The translations under genes were made by a program, and so were the position numbers. Under the pieces are notes generated by a model. That model worked only from the letters and a program-made list of their open reading frames with translations. It did no database searches and was not told the DNA's origin. From assembly GCA_036229005.1 (NCBI GenBank), contig JAZAMN010000014.1, forward strand, positions 1 to 64,000: a stretch of DNA of 64,000 nt, in the 5' to 3' direction. Below, piece after piece: positions 1-9,853 of this stretch (position 1 is its first letter; every line of letters begins with the position of its first letter). This stretch comes from Myxococcota bacterium (GTDB lineage: Bacteria > Myxococcota_A > UBA796 > CAJQPC01).

Positions 1-305
1 GTCTGGGTGCGCTCGGAGTCCTGGGCGAGCCAGTCTCGATAGCGGTCGCGTCTCTGCAGGGTCTCTTCGAAGCGAAGGAGGGCGAGCCCTCGGAGATCGA
101 GCCACACCTCCTGGCCCGCTCCCCACAGCTCTGTCCCGATACGCGATTCCGCCGGCGAGGTGCGGCTTGGCGCGTGGCCCGCTTGCTCGAGCTCAGCCTG
201 TCCTCGCTGGCGCCGACGGGTGTCGATGACCTTCTGCGGGCTTCGGTTCCGGCGGTGGGCGCTCCGAGTGGAGCAGGGGAGGGGAATCCTCACCTCCCAG
301 GTCAT
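1..305 (-). CDS. Hypothetical protein, 5' part only (runs off the left edge)
   Basis: Translated by hand. Open frame from ATG at 305 to the edge, MTWEVRIP...ELWGAGQEVWLDLRGLALLRFEETLQRRDRYRDWLAQDSERTQ. Co-oriented downstream of jetD. Start uncertain. Confidence 0.4.
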   Translation of the reverse strand, partial: MTWEVRIPLPCSTRSAHRRNRSPQKVIDTRRRQRGQAELEQAGHAPSRTSPAESRIGTELWGAGQEVWLDLRGLALLRFEETLQRRDRYRDWLAQDSERTQ

Positions 306-431
306 CAGGACATCGCGGGCTTCCGTCGGGAGGGGATTGGGGAGCCATCAACCAAACGAACCCCGGCCAGTCTTGGTCGGGGTTTCGTGCTCTGGGGGGA
401 TGGTCACTCGACAAGGGCCCCACGCAGCGGG

Positions 432-1517
432 CTATTCCAACAGTGCCTCTTGCTCGAGTTTCCGTCCGAGACTTCTCATGGCCTCGGCCGTCTCCCGCAG
501 TGGGGCGTCCTTCCGCTTCAGGTAGCGGTGCAGCGCGACCCAGTCTTCGGTGGTGAGCTTCTGGGTGTCTGAGCGCTTCAGGGGCTCCGGCTCCATCCTC
601 CAGGGAGACACATCGACGGCCGGGGCGTGCTCCAGCACGAAGCTACGCAGGTCGCGGTAGATGTCCAGGCCCCAGGGGTCAAGGTCCCCCCAGTGGCGAA
701 CTCTGCGGATACCAGCGTTGAGAAGCTGGCGGATCCAGTTGCGCTGTACTGTGCCCAGGTAGCCGGCCGTGAACAGGACCATCGAGGTGTCAGCGAATCC
801 CTCGTAGAGCAGGGACTCGAACGGGGTCTGATTCTCTACGCACAGGAGCTCGTCGACCTCCTCAAGCACCAACTCGGAAAGCTCTGCCGCCACGGGCTCG
901 GTGATCGCCGTCCAAGGGGAGCTGCCGCGGAGGTCCACGGGCACACCTCGGTAGTGGAACCGGGCGGGGCCCGCCGTCAGTGCTACATCGACGTGGAATC
1001 GAACGAGGTCTTCGAGCGGGACGCCGACCGCAGTCTCCAGCTCGGCTCGAAGGTCTCGGATCCGGACTGACTTCGTGTTCCCGAAGAGCTTGCGAACGAG
1101 CACCCGCTCCGGAATTGGGGGCCGCGGGTGGTCGCGAAGCCCGATCAGGGCGTCACGAAGCCGAACCAGGGTCTGCTCCCGCTGTGTGGGCGAAGGGGTA
1201 CCGATCAGCGCAGACGCGTCATCGACCGCTGACTCCAGGAGCCGCATCTGAGTTGGCGCGAGGTTGCCGGCGCGATCGCGTTTGTGTCGAAACTCGAGCC
1301 ACCCCGCCTGAAAGAGCCCATTCGCGGTCTCCTCGACGTCGACCCGGTCGATGCCTCTCTTGGCGAACCGCGTCAGCGTGGACCAACGCATCGGACGCAG
1401 GTCGATGAGTCTCCGGGCGAGACGCTCCATCAGCTCGACTTGGCGCGGTGTGAATCCTGCCGTCGCCTGGTCGAGGGACAGCGGCTCCTCTGCGCGCGTC
1501 CACCCCTCAGTCGACAT
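432..1517 (-). CDS. jetD: Wadjet nuclease subunit JetD/MksG (Toprim, DUF2220-like)
   Basis: Motifs LFGNTK, LCVENQTPF, FTAGY, HWGDLDPWGLDI and C-terminal LEQE. Last gene of an operon with an SMC ATPase. Confidence 0.88.
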   Translation of the reverse strand: MSTEGWTRAEEPLSLDQATAGFTPRQVELMERLARRLIDLRPMRWSTLTRFAKRGIDRVDVEETANGLFQAGWLEFRHKRDRAGNLAPTQMRLLESAVDDASALIGTPSPTQREQTLVRLRDALIGLRDHPRPPIPERVLVRKLFGNTKSVRIRDLRAELETAVGVPLEDLVRFHVDVALTAGPARFHYRGVPVDLRGSSPWTAITEPVAAELSELVLEEVDELLCVENQTPFESLLYEGFADTSMVLFTAGYLGTVQRNWIRQLLNAGIRRVRHWGDLDPWGLDIYRDLRSFVLEHAPAVDVSPWRMEPEPLKRSDTQKLTTEDWVALHRYLKRKDAPLRETAEAMRSLGRKLEQEALLE

Positions 1518-4329
1518 GACGCACGACGTAGCTGCACTTCACGGGTGGCGCGATCCGAAGCTGCCCGTCCGTGGTGCGTCCGCCGGGAGTCTGTGTGCAG
1601 GTGAGCACCGCCTGCAGCCACGAGCCGCAGCGCCTGAGCTCCTCTGTGGTGGGCATGCTCACGAGGTACTGGGCGCCGGTTCGCTCGAGGAACGCGCCAA
1701 GCTCCTGGATCTTGTGGGTGTCGCTTGCCGAGAACGGCTCGTCCACGAGGAAGAAGCCGGGTCCTCCGTCGGCATCGTGAACGCGGAGGGTGGTCATGGC
1801 CATGAGCATGGACAGGGCAGCCTTCTGGCCTCCTGACAAGGAAGGCGAGCTGTAGGGAACGAGGTCCTTGGCACCGGCGGCGATCTTCACGTCGACTGCG
1901 AAGCGGCCATCGTCTCGAGCCCGCAGGCCGCCCTCGATGGTGAAGCCGAGGGGGCCGCCGGACTGTGTGAGGGACGCGAAGTAGCGACGGAAGATGCGAC
2001 GAGTCGCGGTCCGGTACTGGTCGTGGGCTCGCTCGGCCGCCTCGCGAGCCCGGTCGACGTTCTCGTCGAGAAGCGCCAGCTCCTTGGCTACATCGGCAAC
2101 CTGCTTCTCGAGCGTCTCCACGTTCGCGGGCAGGTTGGTGTCCCGCTCTGCCTGCTGAAAGCTCTTCAGGCTCTGCTCGTTGGTACGGACCGTGTGCTCC
2201 AGCACGGCGACCGGGTGTTCCGTCGCGTGGGCGACTACCTCGGGATGGAGTTGGTCTGGCTCGGGAACGTCCAGTTCGGCCATGTGCGCAACCAGCGTAG
2301 TGCGTTCTCTCCGTGCTTGGCTCGCACGCTCCCCATCGGTCTTCGCGGCTTCATTCGCCCGGTCTCGGGCCCCCTCTTCGCGCACCCTGTCCCCGTGAAG
2401 AGTCCGAAGCCGCAGTTCGAGCTCGGAGAGTTGAGCCTGGTGATTGGAGCGCTCCTCGTCGAGTTGGCCGAGAAGCCCTTCCAGTCGGGTCACCCTCGCA
2501 GTGAGTCGGGCGTGCTCAGTGCGCGCGGCGAGCCACCGGCGCCGCTCCTCCTCCTCGGCGATTGCCGTGTTCAGAGCTACGCGGTCGGCCGCGAGTGCAA
2601 CGCGCCGAGTGTGGGCTTCACGTTCCATCGCGGCGATATGCTCGAGCTCCTCTTCGACCTGCGCCCGACGCTGGACCAATGCCTCGCGGCCCAGGTAGTA
2701 GCGGTCCGTGCCCTGGAATCGGCCACCTTTACGGTCCAGCACGAACCCGTCGCCATCCACCAGGAAGCCGGGCCCACGATGGGTGTCCTCTATGTCACCG
2801 TCGAGCCATCGCACATGCCGCAGGACACGGGTGACGAGGCCTCGGTACTTGGGGTCCCGCACCTGGATCTGATCGAGGAAGGGGTGCTCCCCTGATGTTG
2901 GAGCGCGCGAGCGGACATCGGGAGCCAGCACGTAGAAAGGGAAGCGGTGGGAGCGGGCCAGCCGAATCGCTTGCACGAAGCTGTGTACGTCGGGCACGGC
3001 CACCGCGAAGCGGAAGTCGGCCAAGAAGCTCTCCAACGCCTGCCGGGTGCGCGGGTCGGGGGACTGCGGCTCGACGAGGTCGAGCAAGAGGTGGTGGGGG
3101 ATGTCGTGCTTTCGCAGGACGGCGCGGAACTCATCGACGCCGTCTGGGGGCGTGAGGAGTCCCTCATCCAGCCGTTGCAGCTCCTCTCGTAGAGCGTTCT
3201 CGCGAGCGGCGAGCTCGGAGAGCTCCCGTCGAAGATCTGCTTGCTGGTCCTCGCACTGTGTGCGCGCCTCTGTCAGGGTGTTGAGGTCGCGCGGCTCCAG
3301 GTGCTCGACCTCCTTCCGCAGCATCTCAAGGGGGCGAAGTCCTGCTTCCGTCGAGGCCTTGTCCTCCTGCAGCTCCTTCCATCGAGCGTCCAGTTCGCGG
3401 CCCCGGCTGTCGAGGGTGGTCCGCTTGTCTTTCGTCTCTGCCTCGTCCTGGGCGATCGTCGTCAGACGCTCGGTGGCAAGCTGCGCGGTCGTGGTGGCGG
3501 CGGCTGATCGTGCCTCGAGCTCGGCGATGTGGTCGTCGAGTCGTCGCAGTTCTGCCTTGGCCTCGGCCAGCTTCGCGAGAGGAAGGGCGTGGCGCGCGAG
3601 GTGGAGTCGCTGCAGGTGGCCGCGGTAGCGCTTGTGTGCGCGGAGGAGGTTGCGGAGTCCGTCGAGCTCGGCCTCCCGCCGCTGGAGCACCTGGCCCCGG
3701 TCGTCACGGTTGCGCTGCTGGCGCTCGAAGTCCTTGCGCAAGGTCTCCCAGTCGTCGAGGACCTGCTTCCCACCGATGAAGTCGAACAGCAGGTCGAACA
3801 GGTCGTCGGGGTCGTGTTGGCAGAGCGAGGCGACTTGTCCCTGCGGTGTGCACAGGAGCTTCCGAAAGCTACGGCCCATGCCCAACTTCTCGAGGCGAGC
3901 GGTGTAGTCGCCCTTGCGCGTGAACGAGCGGCCGTCGAATCCTCGCTGGAGCGGCGAGACGTCGCCCGGACAGAAGTACCAGCTTGGGGTGTAGCCCTCG
4001 TCTCCCGCCTCGTAGACCACTGCGAGGGTGAAGTGGTCCTCTTCGGACGGTTGTACGACGTCGAAGGGGCGCTTCCGCGTTCCCGGATCGGGCTCGTTGT
4101 CAGCGACGAGACGGATCATCGCGAAGGGCTCGGCTCTAGCCGCGAGGTAGTCCTCGACGCTGCGGTCGCCGCCGATCCGGGTACCGCCGAGCACGACCTT
4201 GATGGCGTCGAGGATGGTCGTCTTCCCGGAGCCGTTCTCACCAGTGAGCAGATTCACGCCGGGTTGCAGGACCACGACCTGGTTCGCCTGGATGTCCCAG
4301 TTGAGAAGCTCGAGTCGCGTAAACCTCAT
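1507..4329 (-). CDS. jetC: Wadjet SMC-family ATPase JetC/MksB
   Basis: Walker A GENGSGKT, long coiled coils around a central hinge, signature LSGGQ, Walker B FLVDEPF. Confidence 0.9.
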   Translation of the reverse strand: MRFTRLELLNWDIQANQVVVLQPGVNLLTGENGSGKTTILDAIKVVLGGTRIGGDRSVEDYLAARAEPFAMIRLVADNEPDPGTRKRPFDVVQPSEEDHFTLAVVYEAGDEGYTPSWYFCPGDVSPLQRGFDGRSFTRKGDYTARLEKLGMGRSFRKLLCTPQGQVASLCQHDPDDLFDLLFDFIGGKQVLDDWETLRKDFERQQRNRDDRGQVLQRREAELDGLRNLLRAHKRYRGHLQRLHLARHALPLAKLAEAKAELRRLDDHIAELEARSAAATTTAQLATERLTTIAQDEAETKDKRTTLDSRGRELDARWKELQEDKASTEAGLRPLEMLRKEVEHLEPRDLNTLTEARTQCEDQQADLRRELSELAARENALREELQRLDEGLLTPPDGVDEFRAVLRKHDIPHHLLLDLVEPQSPDPRTRQALESFLADFRFAVAVPDVHSFVQAIRLARSHRFPFYVLAPDVRSRAPTSGEHPFLDQIQVRDPKYRGLVTRVLRHVRWLDGDIEDTHRGPGFLVDGDGFVLDRKGGRFQGTDRYYLGREALVQRRAQVEEELEHIAAMEREAHTRRVALAADRVALNTAIAEEEERRRWLAARTEHARLTARVTRLEGLLGQLDEERSNHQAQLSELELRLRTLHGDRVREEGARDRANEAAKTDGERASQARRERTTLVAHMAELDVPEPDQLHPEVVAHATEHPVAVLEHTVRTNEQSLKSFQQAERDTNLPANVETLEKQVADVAKELALLDENVDRAREAAERAHDQYRTATRRIFRRYFASLTQSGGPLGFTIEGGLRARDDGRFAVDVKIAAGAKDLVPYSSPSLSGGQKAALSMLMAMTTLRVHDADGGPGFFLVDEPFSASDTHKIQELGAFLERTGAQYLVSMPTTEELRRCGSWLQAVLTCTQTPGGRTTDGQLRIAPPVKCSYVVRHVD

Positions 4330-4949
4330 CCTGCCTCCGGGGGCAGGGCCTCGCCCTTGCGCGCGAGCCCGACGATGTGCTCCTCCATGCGCTCGTGGTC
4401 GATGAGCACGTAGAGGGCGGGGCCGGCCTCCAGCAGACCTCTGCTCTCCTTGATGAAGCCCGTGCGCTTCAGACCGGTGAGGGCGGACTTCACAGTGGTC
4501 TTGGCGTACATCTCCGCGAACTCGGTGTAGAGCTCGGTCACTGGGAGTGTCGGGGCGACGTCCTTGTCATCGATGTCGTCGTAGCCGAACAGGGTCTGGG
4601 ATCGGCCTTGGGGCTCGTTCTCCTCGTCCCTCAGGGTCTCCTTGAGCTGTCGGTACACGAGATGCAGCCACAGGTAGACGAGGATGCGAACGTGGCGCGC
4701 ATCCAGCCCGAGGTTGTTCTTTGCAGTCACGAGCGGATCGACTGCCGAGGAGCGCGAGAGTCGGATGCCCACATGCCCGAGCATCTGTACGAGGTCGTAG
4801 CCCACGGTGGAGAGACGCTCGGCCACCTCGTCCCAGAGCACGGCGTCTCCGAACAGCTCCTGACGGAGTGCCTGCTGCTTTGGGTCGTCCGGATCCAGCA
4901 CGCCCAGACGAAGAAGTGCGTTGGCGACGTCCATGGGATTGCGCGTCAT
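4326..4949 (-). CDS. jetB: Wadjet KITE subunit JetB/MksE
   Basis: 207 aa between jetA and jetC with ATGA-type overlaps. Winged-helix-like C-terminus (LTGLKRTGFI...GPALYVLI). Confidence 0.75.
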   Translation of the reverse strand: MTRNPMDVANALLRLGVLDPDDPKQQALRQELFGDAVLWDEVAERLSTVGYDLVQMLGHVGIRLSRSSAVDPLVTAKNNLGLDARHVRILVYLWLHLVYRQLKETLRDEENEPQGRSQTLFGYDDIDDKDVAPTLPVTELYTEFAEMYAKTTVKSALTGLKRTGFIKESRGLLEAGPALYVLIDHERMEEHIVGLARKGEALPPEAG

Positions 4950-6258
4950 CGGGAAACCTCGACGCGGGTGTGTAGTCCGGAGGAGCTTGTCACATGCAGC
5001 ACTCCGAGCTGGACCATTCGCTCCAGGGCTTCGGAGGTGTTCAGGCCGCGGATGTCTTCGGCGTCGACGGTCGCTGCGTCCAGACGAACGACGAGTCCCG
5101 GCGCGAGCTCGATCACGCCCTCTTGGCCGCTTCCTTCGATTCTTGCGAGGAGCGTGAGGTGGTGGACCGCATCATTGAAGTCCTCGGCGTCTTCGAACAG
5201 GGCATCTGCGAGGGCGCGACCTTCTCGGATGGCTCGACTCAGCCGCTCCCTGACGCGCTGGACGGGATCCACGTCTGTCAGCGCGACCTCTGCGACGTCG
5301 GGCTCGGGTGGGGGCTCGTATACAAAGGCCTCGCGCTCTCTCTTCAAGGACGGGCGGGTTGTGCGGTACCGGGTGAGCAGGCGCCTCGTGACCAGGCCAA
5401 CGGCGGGAGCTGGTGGGTGGATGACCCGCCTGCGAACGAGGGAGTGCAGCTCGGAATCGTTGGACCCGAGGATGGCGTCTCCGAGGGAGGCGAGGCTGTA
5501 GCCTCCTTCTGAGGTCTCGAGCCGCTTGAGGTTCCACTCCGCGAGTCGGCGAGCCAGGCCTTCATGGGCGCGCAGAATGGCCTGGAGTGCTTCGTGGATG
5601 CGGACGAGCTGTGCGAAGTGGTCAGATGATGCATCCGTTCGCTCCTCGATGGCCGAGATCACCTGACTGACGTGGAGGATTTGGTCACGGACCTCCTGTC
5701 GAGAGAAGCGGATGAGCTGACGCGGGGTGCCCTCGGCGAGCACCAGGCGCGCGTGTTCGGCCTGGGTCTCCAGCTCGGCGAGCAAGACCGCGAGCAGGTG
5801 AGCAGTGGACTCCTGGTCGATCCGGTCACCGAAGGCGACGGTCTCGACGGCTCGCACGAGCATGTTGGCCGGAGTCTGGCCGGCAAAGTCGGAGGCGACG
5901 AGGAGATTGAGCAGGAAGAAGGCCACCGGTGGAAGTCGGTAGGTGTTGTCGGAGGCCCGCAGGTGCAGCCACCCACCTTTGTAGAGCGCGAGGTGAGTAG
6001 GAGGTCGGTCTTGTCGCTGTCCAGGTGCGGTACGAGCGTGCGGACGCGTTCCCGCGTGAACCGACCTTCTGCTTTCGCCAGCGCGAGCAACAGTACGACC
6101 TTGAGGGCCGTGTCGGCCGGGGATGTAGAGAACAGCGCACGACAGAGCTGGAACACCGGGAGCACCGAGACGGCGCGGTCCCAGTCGGGCAGTTGCTCGG
6201 GGAGCACGCCTGACGCGAGCGCATCCAAGAGGTCGTCTTGGTCGATCTCCACCATCAT
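4946..6258 (-). pseudogene. jetA: Wadjet kleisin JetA/MksF, frameshifted near 5987-5990
   Basis: The N-terminal part (MMVEIDQDDLL...DKTDLLLTS) is in the frame of ORF 5659..6573. It continues as LYKGGWLHLRASDNTYRL... in the frame of ORF 4946..6346. Joined length is about 437 aa. First gene of the operon. Confidence 0.7.
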
Positions 6259-6460
6259 TGACGACCTTTGGCTGTGTCGAATCGGGTCCCTCGGGAAGGT
6301 CGTGGCAGGGACTCCGGACGGTAGGTGATTCCGTCTGTCTCTGCAACTCTCGGATTTGGAGCTGGTTTCAGTGATGGCCAGGTGCGCAGACTCGATGTGG
6401 GGCTGGCTGGCACCAGCTCTCGAGGGCGGCGCGCTGACCCCGCCGTCCAGGAACAACGCT

Positions 6461-6811
6461 CTATTCACCTCCCCCCTCACACCCCTTGGGCCCCGCCGGC
6501 ATCCCGGGGGGACAGATCCACAGGGTCTCCATCTCGCCCCCCAGCACCACGAAGCTGTGGCCCCAGATCTCACCGGGGGTGCGCTGGTAGGCCCAGATCA
6601 CGACCTCACTCCTGCCGCGGACGAACTGGAGGTTGCCGCCAGAAGGGATGAAGGGGCCGCCTCTCCAGCCTGAGAGCATGCGGCCGTGCAGGGTGACCTT
6701 GCCGCCAAGCTCAGGGATCTGGGTCTCTTGAGAGGGGACCAGGGTGTAGCTCTTGGGCTGGGTGAGCGTCGGAGCAGCGGCGCAGGCCAGCAGAAGGAGA
6801 GTCAGTGTCAT
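6461..6811 (-). CDS. Small hypothetical lipoprotein
   Basis: MTLTLLLLAC lipobox; 116 aa. Confidence 0.6.
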   Translation of the reverse strand: MTLTLLLLACAAAPTLTQPKSYTLVPSQETQIPELGGKVTLHGRMLSGWRGGPFIPSGGNLQFVRGRSEVVIWAYQRTPGEIWGHSFVVLGGEMETLWICPPGMPAGPKGCEGGGE

Positions 6812-7032
6812 TGGAGCCTCTTGGATGCGGTGGTGTCGAGGGCCAGGGACAAGTCCACCAGCAGGTCGGAGGGGCCCGCCTGGATGCTGTAGCTGAAATG
6901 AGTCCCCACACAGGCGGGGCAGCGCTGGAGCCGGTGCGTCGGCGTCGCATTGGACCTGCTCTGGGCTTGCATGTCGTTGGCGTGCTCAGCCACAGACTCA
7001 GGGCTGATCTCCCCTCTGTGCTGCTTGGCCAT
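6808..7032 (-). CDS. Small hypothetical protein
   Basis: ATG after GGGGGGAGA; stop overlaps the next start (ATGA); contains CPAC. Weak support. Confidence 0.3.
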   Translation of the reverse strand: MAKQHRGEISPESVAEHANDMQAQSRSNATPTHRLQRCPACVGTHFSYSIQAGPSDLLVDLSLALDTTASKRLQ

Positions 7033-7164
7033 TCTCCCCCCCCGGGTGCATCGCATGAGGATGATAGGGGGCTTTGCAAGCGGTGTCCAGCACGCGCAGG
7101 CTGTCCTCGGCGGGGTGTGCCGTGTCGGATGAACGCGGGGTCCGCCCGGGAGGACACAACCCCC

Positions 7165-8547
7165 TCAGTCGGTCGGCTCCAGCGTGTCCTCGACGGTGCC
7201 AGGCCGGTAGAGGCGGATGTCCAAGGTGACAGGGGTGAGGAGGGTGAACTGATCTGTGCGTAGGGCCTCGCGCTTCGTCCCCCCCGCAGACACGGCGAAG
7301 AGCACCTGGTCCTGCTCCAGGAGGGCATCCAGCGCCTGGGCCTGCTCGGGCTCTTCGACCTCCAGCAGCAGCCCGATCTGGTTCCCGTCACGGTCGTAGG
7401 CCCACAGCTCCTCGGTGGCGTGGCGTCCCACAAACTCAATGATGTGGATGCCCTGGAGCTTGTCGGAGAGGCGCACGGCGTTGGCCTTGGTCATCCTCAA
7501 CGCCAGGCAGGGGAGCCCGTGGCCGCTGATCTCGTCCTGCAGGTTGCCCACGTAGAAGGAGTATTCGTTGGTGAACAGGAGCTCGGGCTCGCTGAAGGGA
7601 TCCAGCGTCGCGCCGATCGGGAGACTCTGGACCAGCAGGTCGTCGAGGGTGGTGGGCGCGCGGCGAAAGAGAGACTGTGTCAGGAGAGCATCCCCGTGGC
7701 GACGGGCCATCGCGTTGATGGACTCGACCGCCTGGATCAGGTTCAGCTCCTGCTCTGTGTCGATCGGCTGCGGACCGTGCTCGCTCAGGTGAACACAGTT
7801 GGGATAGCGGCCCCCGTGCGGGCGCAGCCCGATGGCCTCACAGCGCCCGGCGTAGGTGGCGTCAAGCCGCTCCGGGTCCGCGAGGGTGACCCAGTAGATC
7901 CAGTGGCCTCGGAGGGCCTCCAGAGACCCGGTCTGGAAGAAGATGGCAGCGGCTTGTTGGGCAGCCTGGCTTGGGTAGATCACCACTCCGGGGGAGCCGT
8001 CGTCGTCCATCACCAAGAGCGCAGCGGCGCCAGCGAGGTCATCGGGTTCGTGAAAGAAGAAGGCCACGGACTGCAGGGTCTCCCAGGGGCGCAGCGCCCA
8101 GAACTCCTCCAGGGCCTCGTTCCAGCCCGCCGGGTCGATGGTGATGCCGATGGGTTGCTGTTCCTCGGACATGTGGGCCCCCAGCGCGAGGGCGAACTCC
8201 CGCGCCCGCTCGGCCCGCTCCACGAGCTGGATGGGGATGCGGCTCTTGCCCAGCAAGGCGCGCACACGCTCAGCCAGGCCCGAGTCTTCGAACAGCAGGG
8301 CCTGCGGGCGGCCGGGAGAGCAGGGCTCGGAGGGGGTCTTGAAGGCCTCGTGCAGCAGAGGGCCCAGGCTCTCACCGGCCTCGAAGGGGAGGGCGACGCG
8401 GACGTCCCCGCTCCGGTGCTCCACGACCACCAGCATGCCGGCGAGCTCGGCGTCCGGGACCTCGAAGGGGGCGTCGACGACCAACACCTCCCAGGAGTCC
8501 TTGGAGAGGGGGAGGCGCTTGAGGGAGCGGCGTTGGTCTCGGTTCAT
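7165..8547 (-). CDS. Hypothetical protein, DUF6930/DUF7309-like
   Basis: 460 aa with host-like codon use. Motifs PGRPQALLFED and FWALRPWETL recall these DUFs. Confidence 0.6.
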   Translation of the reverse strand: MNRDQRRSLKRLPLSKDSWEVLVVDAPFEVPDAELAGMLVVVEHRSGDVRVALPFEAGESLGPLLHEAFKTPSEPCSPGRPQALLFEDSGLAERVRALLGKSRIPIQLVERAERAREFALALGAHMSEEQQPIGITIDPAGWNEALEEFWALRPWETLQSVAFFFHEPDDLAGAAALLVMDDDGSPGVVIYPSQAAQQAAAIFFQTGSLEALRGHWIYWVTLADPERLDATYAGRCEAIGLRPHGGRYPNCVHLSEHGPQPIDTEQELNLIQAVESINAMARRHGDALLTQSLFRRAPTTLDDLLVQSLPIGATLDPFSEPELLFTNEYSFYVGNLQDEISGHGLPCLALRMTKANAVRLSDKLQGIHIIEFVGRHATEELWAYDRDGNQIGLLLEVEEPEQAQALDALLEQDQVLFAVSAGGTKREALRTDQFTLLTPVTLDIRLYRPGTVEDTLEPTD

Positions 8548-8618
8548 GCGCAGGGATTAGCGCAGTCGGAGGCGCAAGGTCCAGGCCCAATAGGCACCCC
8601 ACCCAGGGGGGCCCGGCT

Positions 8619-9719
8619 TCAGAACACCAGCACGGGCTTGAGCACCTTGCCGGCGCCCTGGTCCTCGATGGCCTGGTTGATCTGCTCGAAGGGGTAGGTG
8701 GCGATCAGCTTCTCCAGGGGGAACTTGCCCTGGCGGTAGAGCTCGTACATCTCGGGGATGAACGCGTCGGGGGTGCTGTCGCCTTCGATGATGGCGGTGA
8801 AGCGCAGGGCCTGGGAGAGGGTGGCGAAGAGGTTGAGCTCGATGGTGGCCGCGGGGTCGCTGGGCACACCGATCATGCCCAGGTGGCCGTGGACCGCCAT
8901 GGCCTTGATGGCGCTGTTGAGGACAGGCGGGATGCCGGTGGTCTCGACGGCGTAGTCGATGCCGCGGGCGACGATGGCGCGGATCTGCTCGGTGGTGTCA
9001 CCGTCTGCGGGGTCGATGGCGTGGGTGGCACCGATGGACAGGGCGAGCTCGCGGCGGGCCTTGACGGGCTCGACGACGATGATGGGGGAGCAGCCCCGCG
9101 CGACGGCGGCCATGACGGCGCTCATGCCGACAGCGCCGCCACCGAACACGGCCAGGGAGCGGCCGGGCTGGGCGTCCAGAGACTTCATGACGGCGCCGGC
9201 GCCGGTCTGCACGCCGCAGCCCAAGGGGGCGGCCATCTGGAGGTCGGCGTCGTCCGGGAGCTTGACGGCGTTCCGCGCGTTGCAGAGGGCGTAGGTGGCG
9301 AATGAGGACTGGCCGAAGAACGCGCCGGTGATGGGGGCGTCGTGGCGGCAGAGGGTGGCGCTGCCATCAGGGCGCGCGCCGGCGTAGTTCATGGCGGCCT
9401 GGTTCTCGCAGTACATGAGGTCGCCGCGCTTGCAGTTCTCGCACTCGCCGCAGAAGGCCATGGTCAGCACGACCTTGTCGCCGGCCTTGAACTTGGTGAC
9501 CGCCGCGCCGACCTTCTCGACGATGCCGGCGCCCTCGTGCCCCAGGACGACAGGGCAGGGGAGGGGGATGGCCTGGTGCTGGACGGCCAGATCGGTGTGG
9601 CAGAGGCCGGTGGCGACCAGCTTGACGAGCACCTCGTTCTCGCTGGGCTCGGAGAGCTGGACGGTCTCGATGTCGAAGGGAGCGTGGGGGGCGTTGAGGA
9701 CGGCGGCCTTGATTTCCAT
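8619..9719 (-). CDS. NAD(P)-dependent Zn alcohol dehydrogenase (aryl/benzyl-alcohol dehydrogenase-like)
   Basis: GLCHTD, GHEGAG, structural Zn CGECENC-x7-C, FFGQSSFA, PLGCGVQTGAG, GGGAVG. Start MEIKAAV follows GGAG. Confidence 0.92.
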   Translation of the reverse strand: MEIKAAVLNAPHAPFDIETVQLSEPSENEVLVKLVATGLCHTDLAVQHQAIPLPCPVVLGHEGAGIVEKVGAAVTKFKAGDKVVLTMAFCGECENCKRGDLMYCENQAAMNYAGARPDGSATLCRHDAPITGAFFGQSSFATYALCNARNAVKLPDDADLQMAAPLGCGVQTGAGAVMKSLDAQPGRSLAVFGGGAVGMSAVMAAVARGCSPIIVVEPVKARRELALSIGATHAIDPADGDTTEQIRAIVARGIDYAVETTGIPPVLNSAIKAMAVHGHLGMIGVPSDPAATIELNLFATLSQALRFTAIIEGDSTPDAFIPEMYELYRQGKFPLEKLIATYPFEQINQAIEDQGAGKVLKPVLVF

Positions 9720-9853
9720 GAGGGGGCTCCGGAGCTTGAATCTACGGGTGTTGTTGTTCTGCTCTGGAGGCTTAGTGCGGCGCGGTGGCGGTGATTGGTC
9801 CCAGATCTGGGTCGCAGTGTCCCCGGCCCTGGTTCCCTGCGTATACTGCTCGA

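Noticed and set aside
6255..6460. Remnant gene whose stop overlaps the jetA start
   Set aside because: The short frame (...ETDGITYRPESLP...KGRQ*) has no convincing start or recognisable motif.
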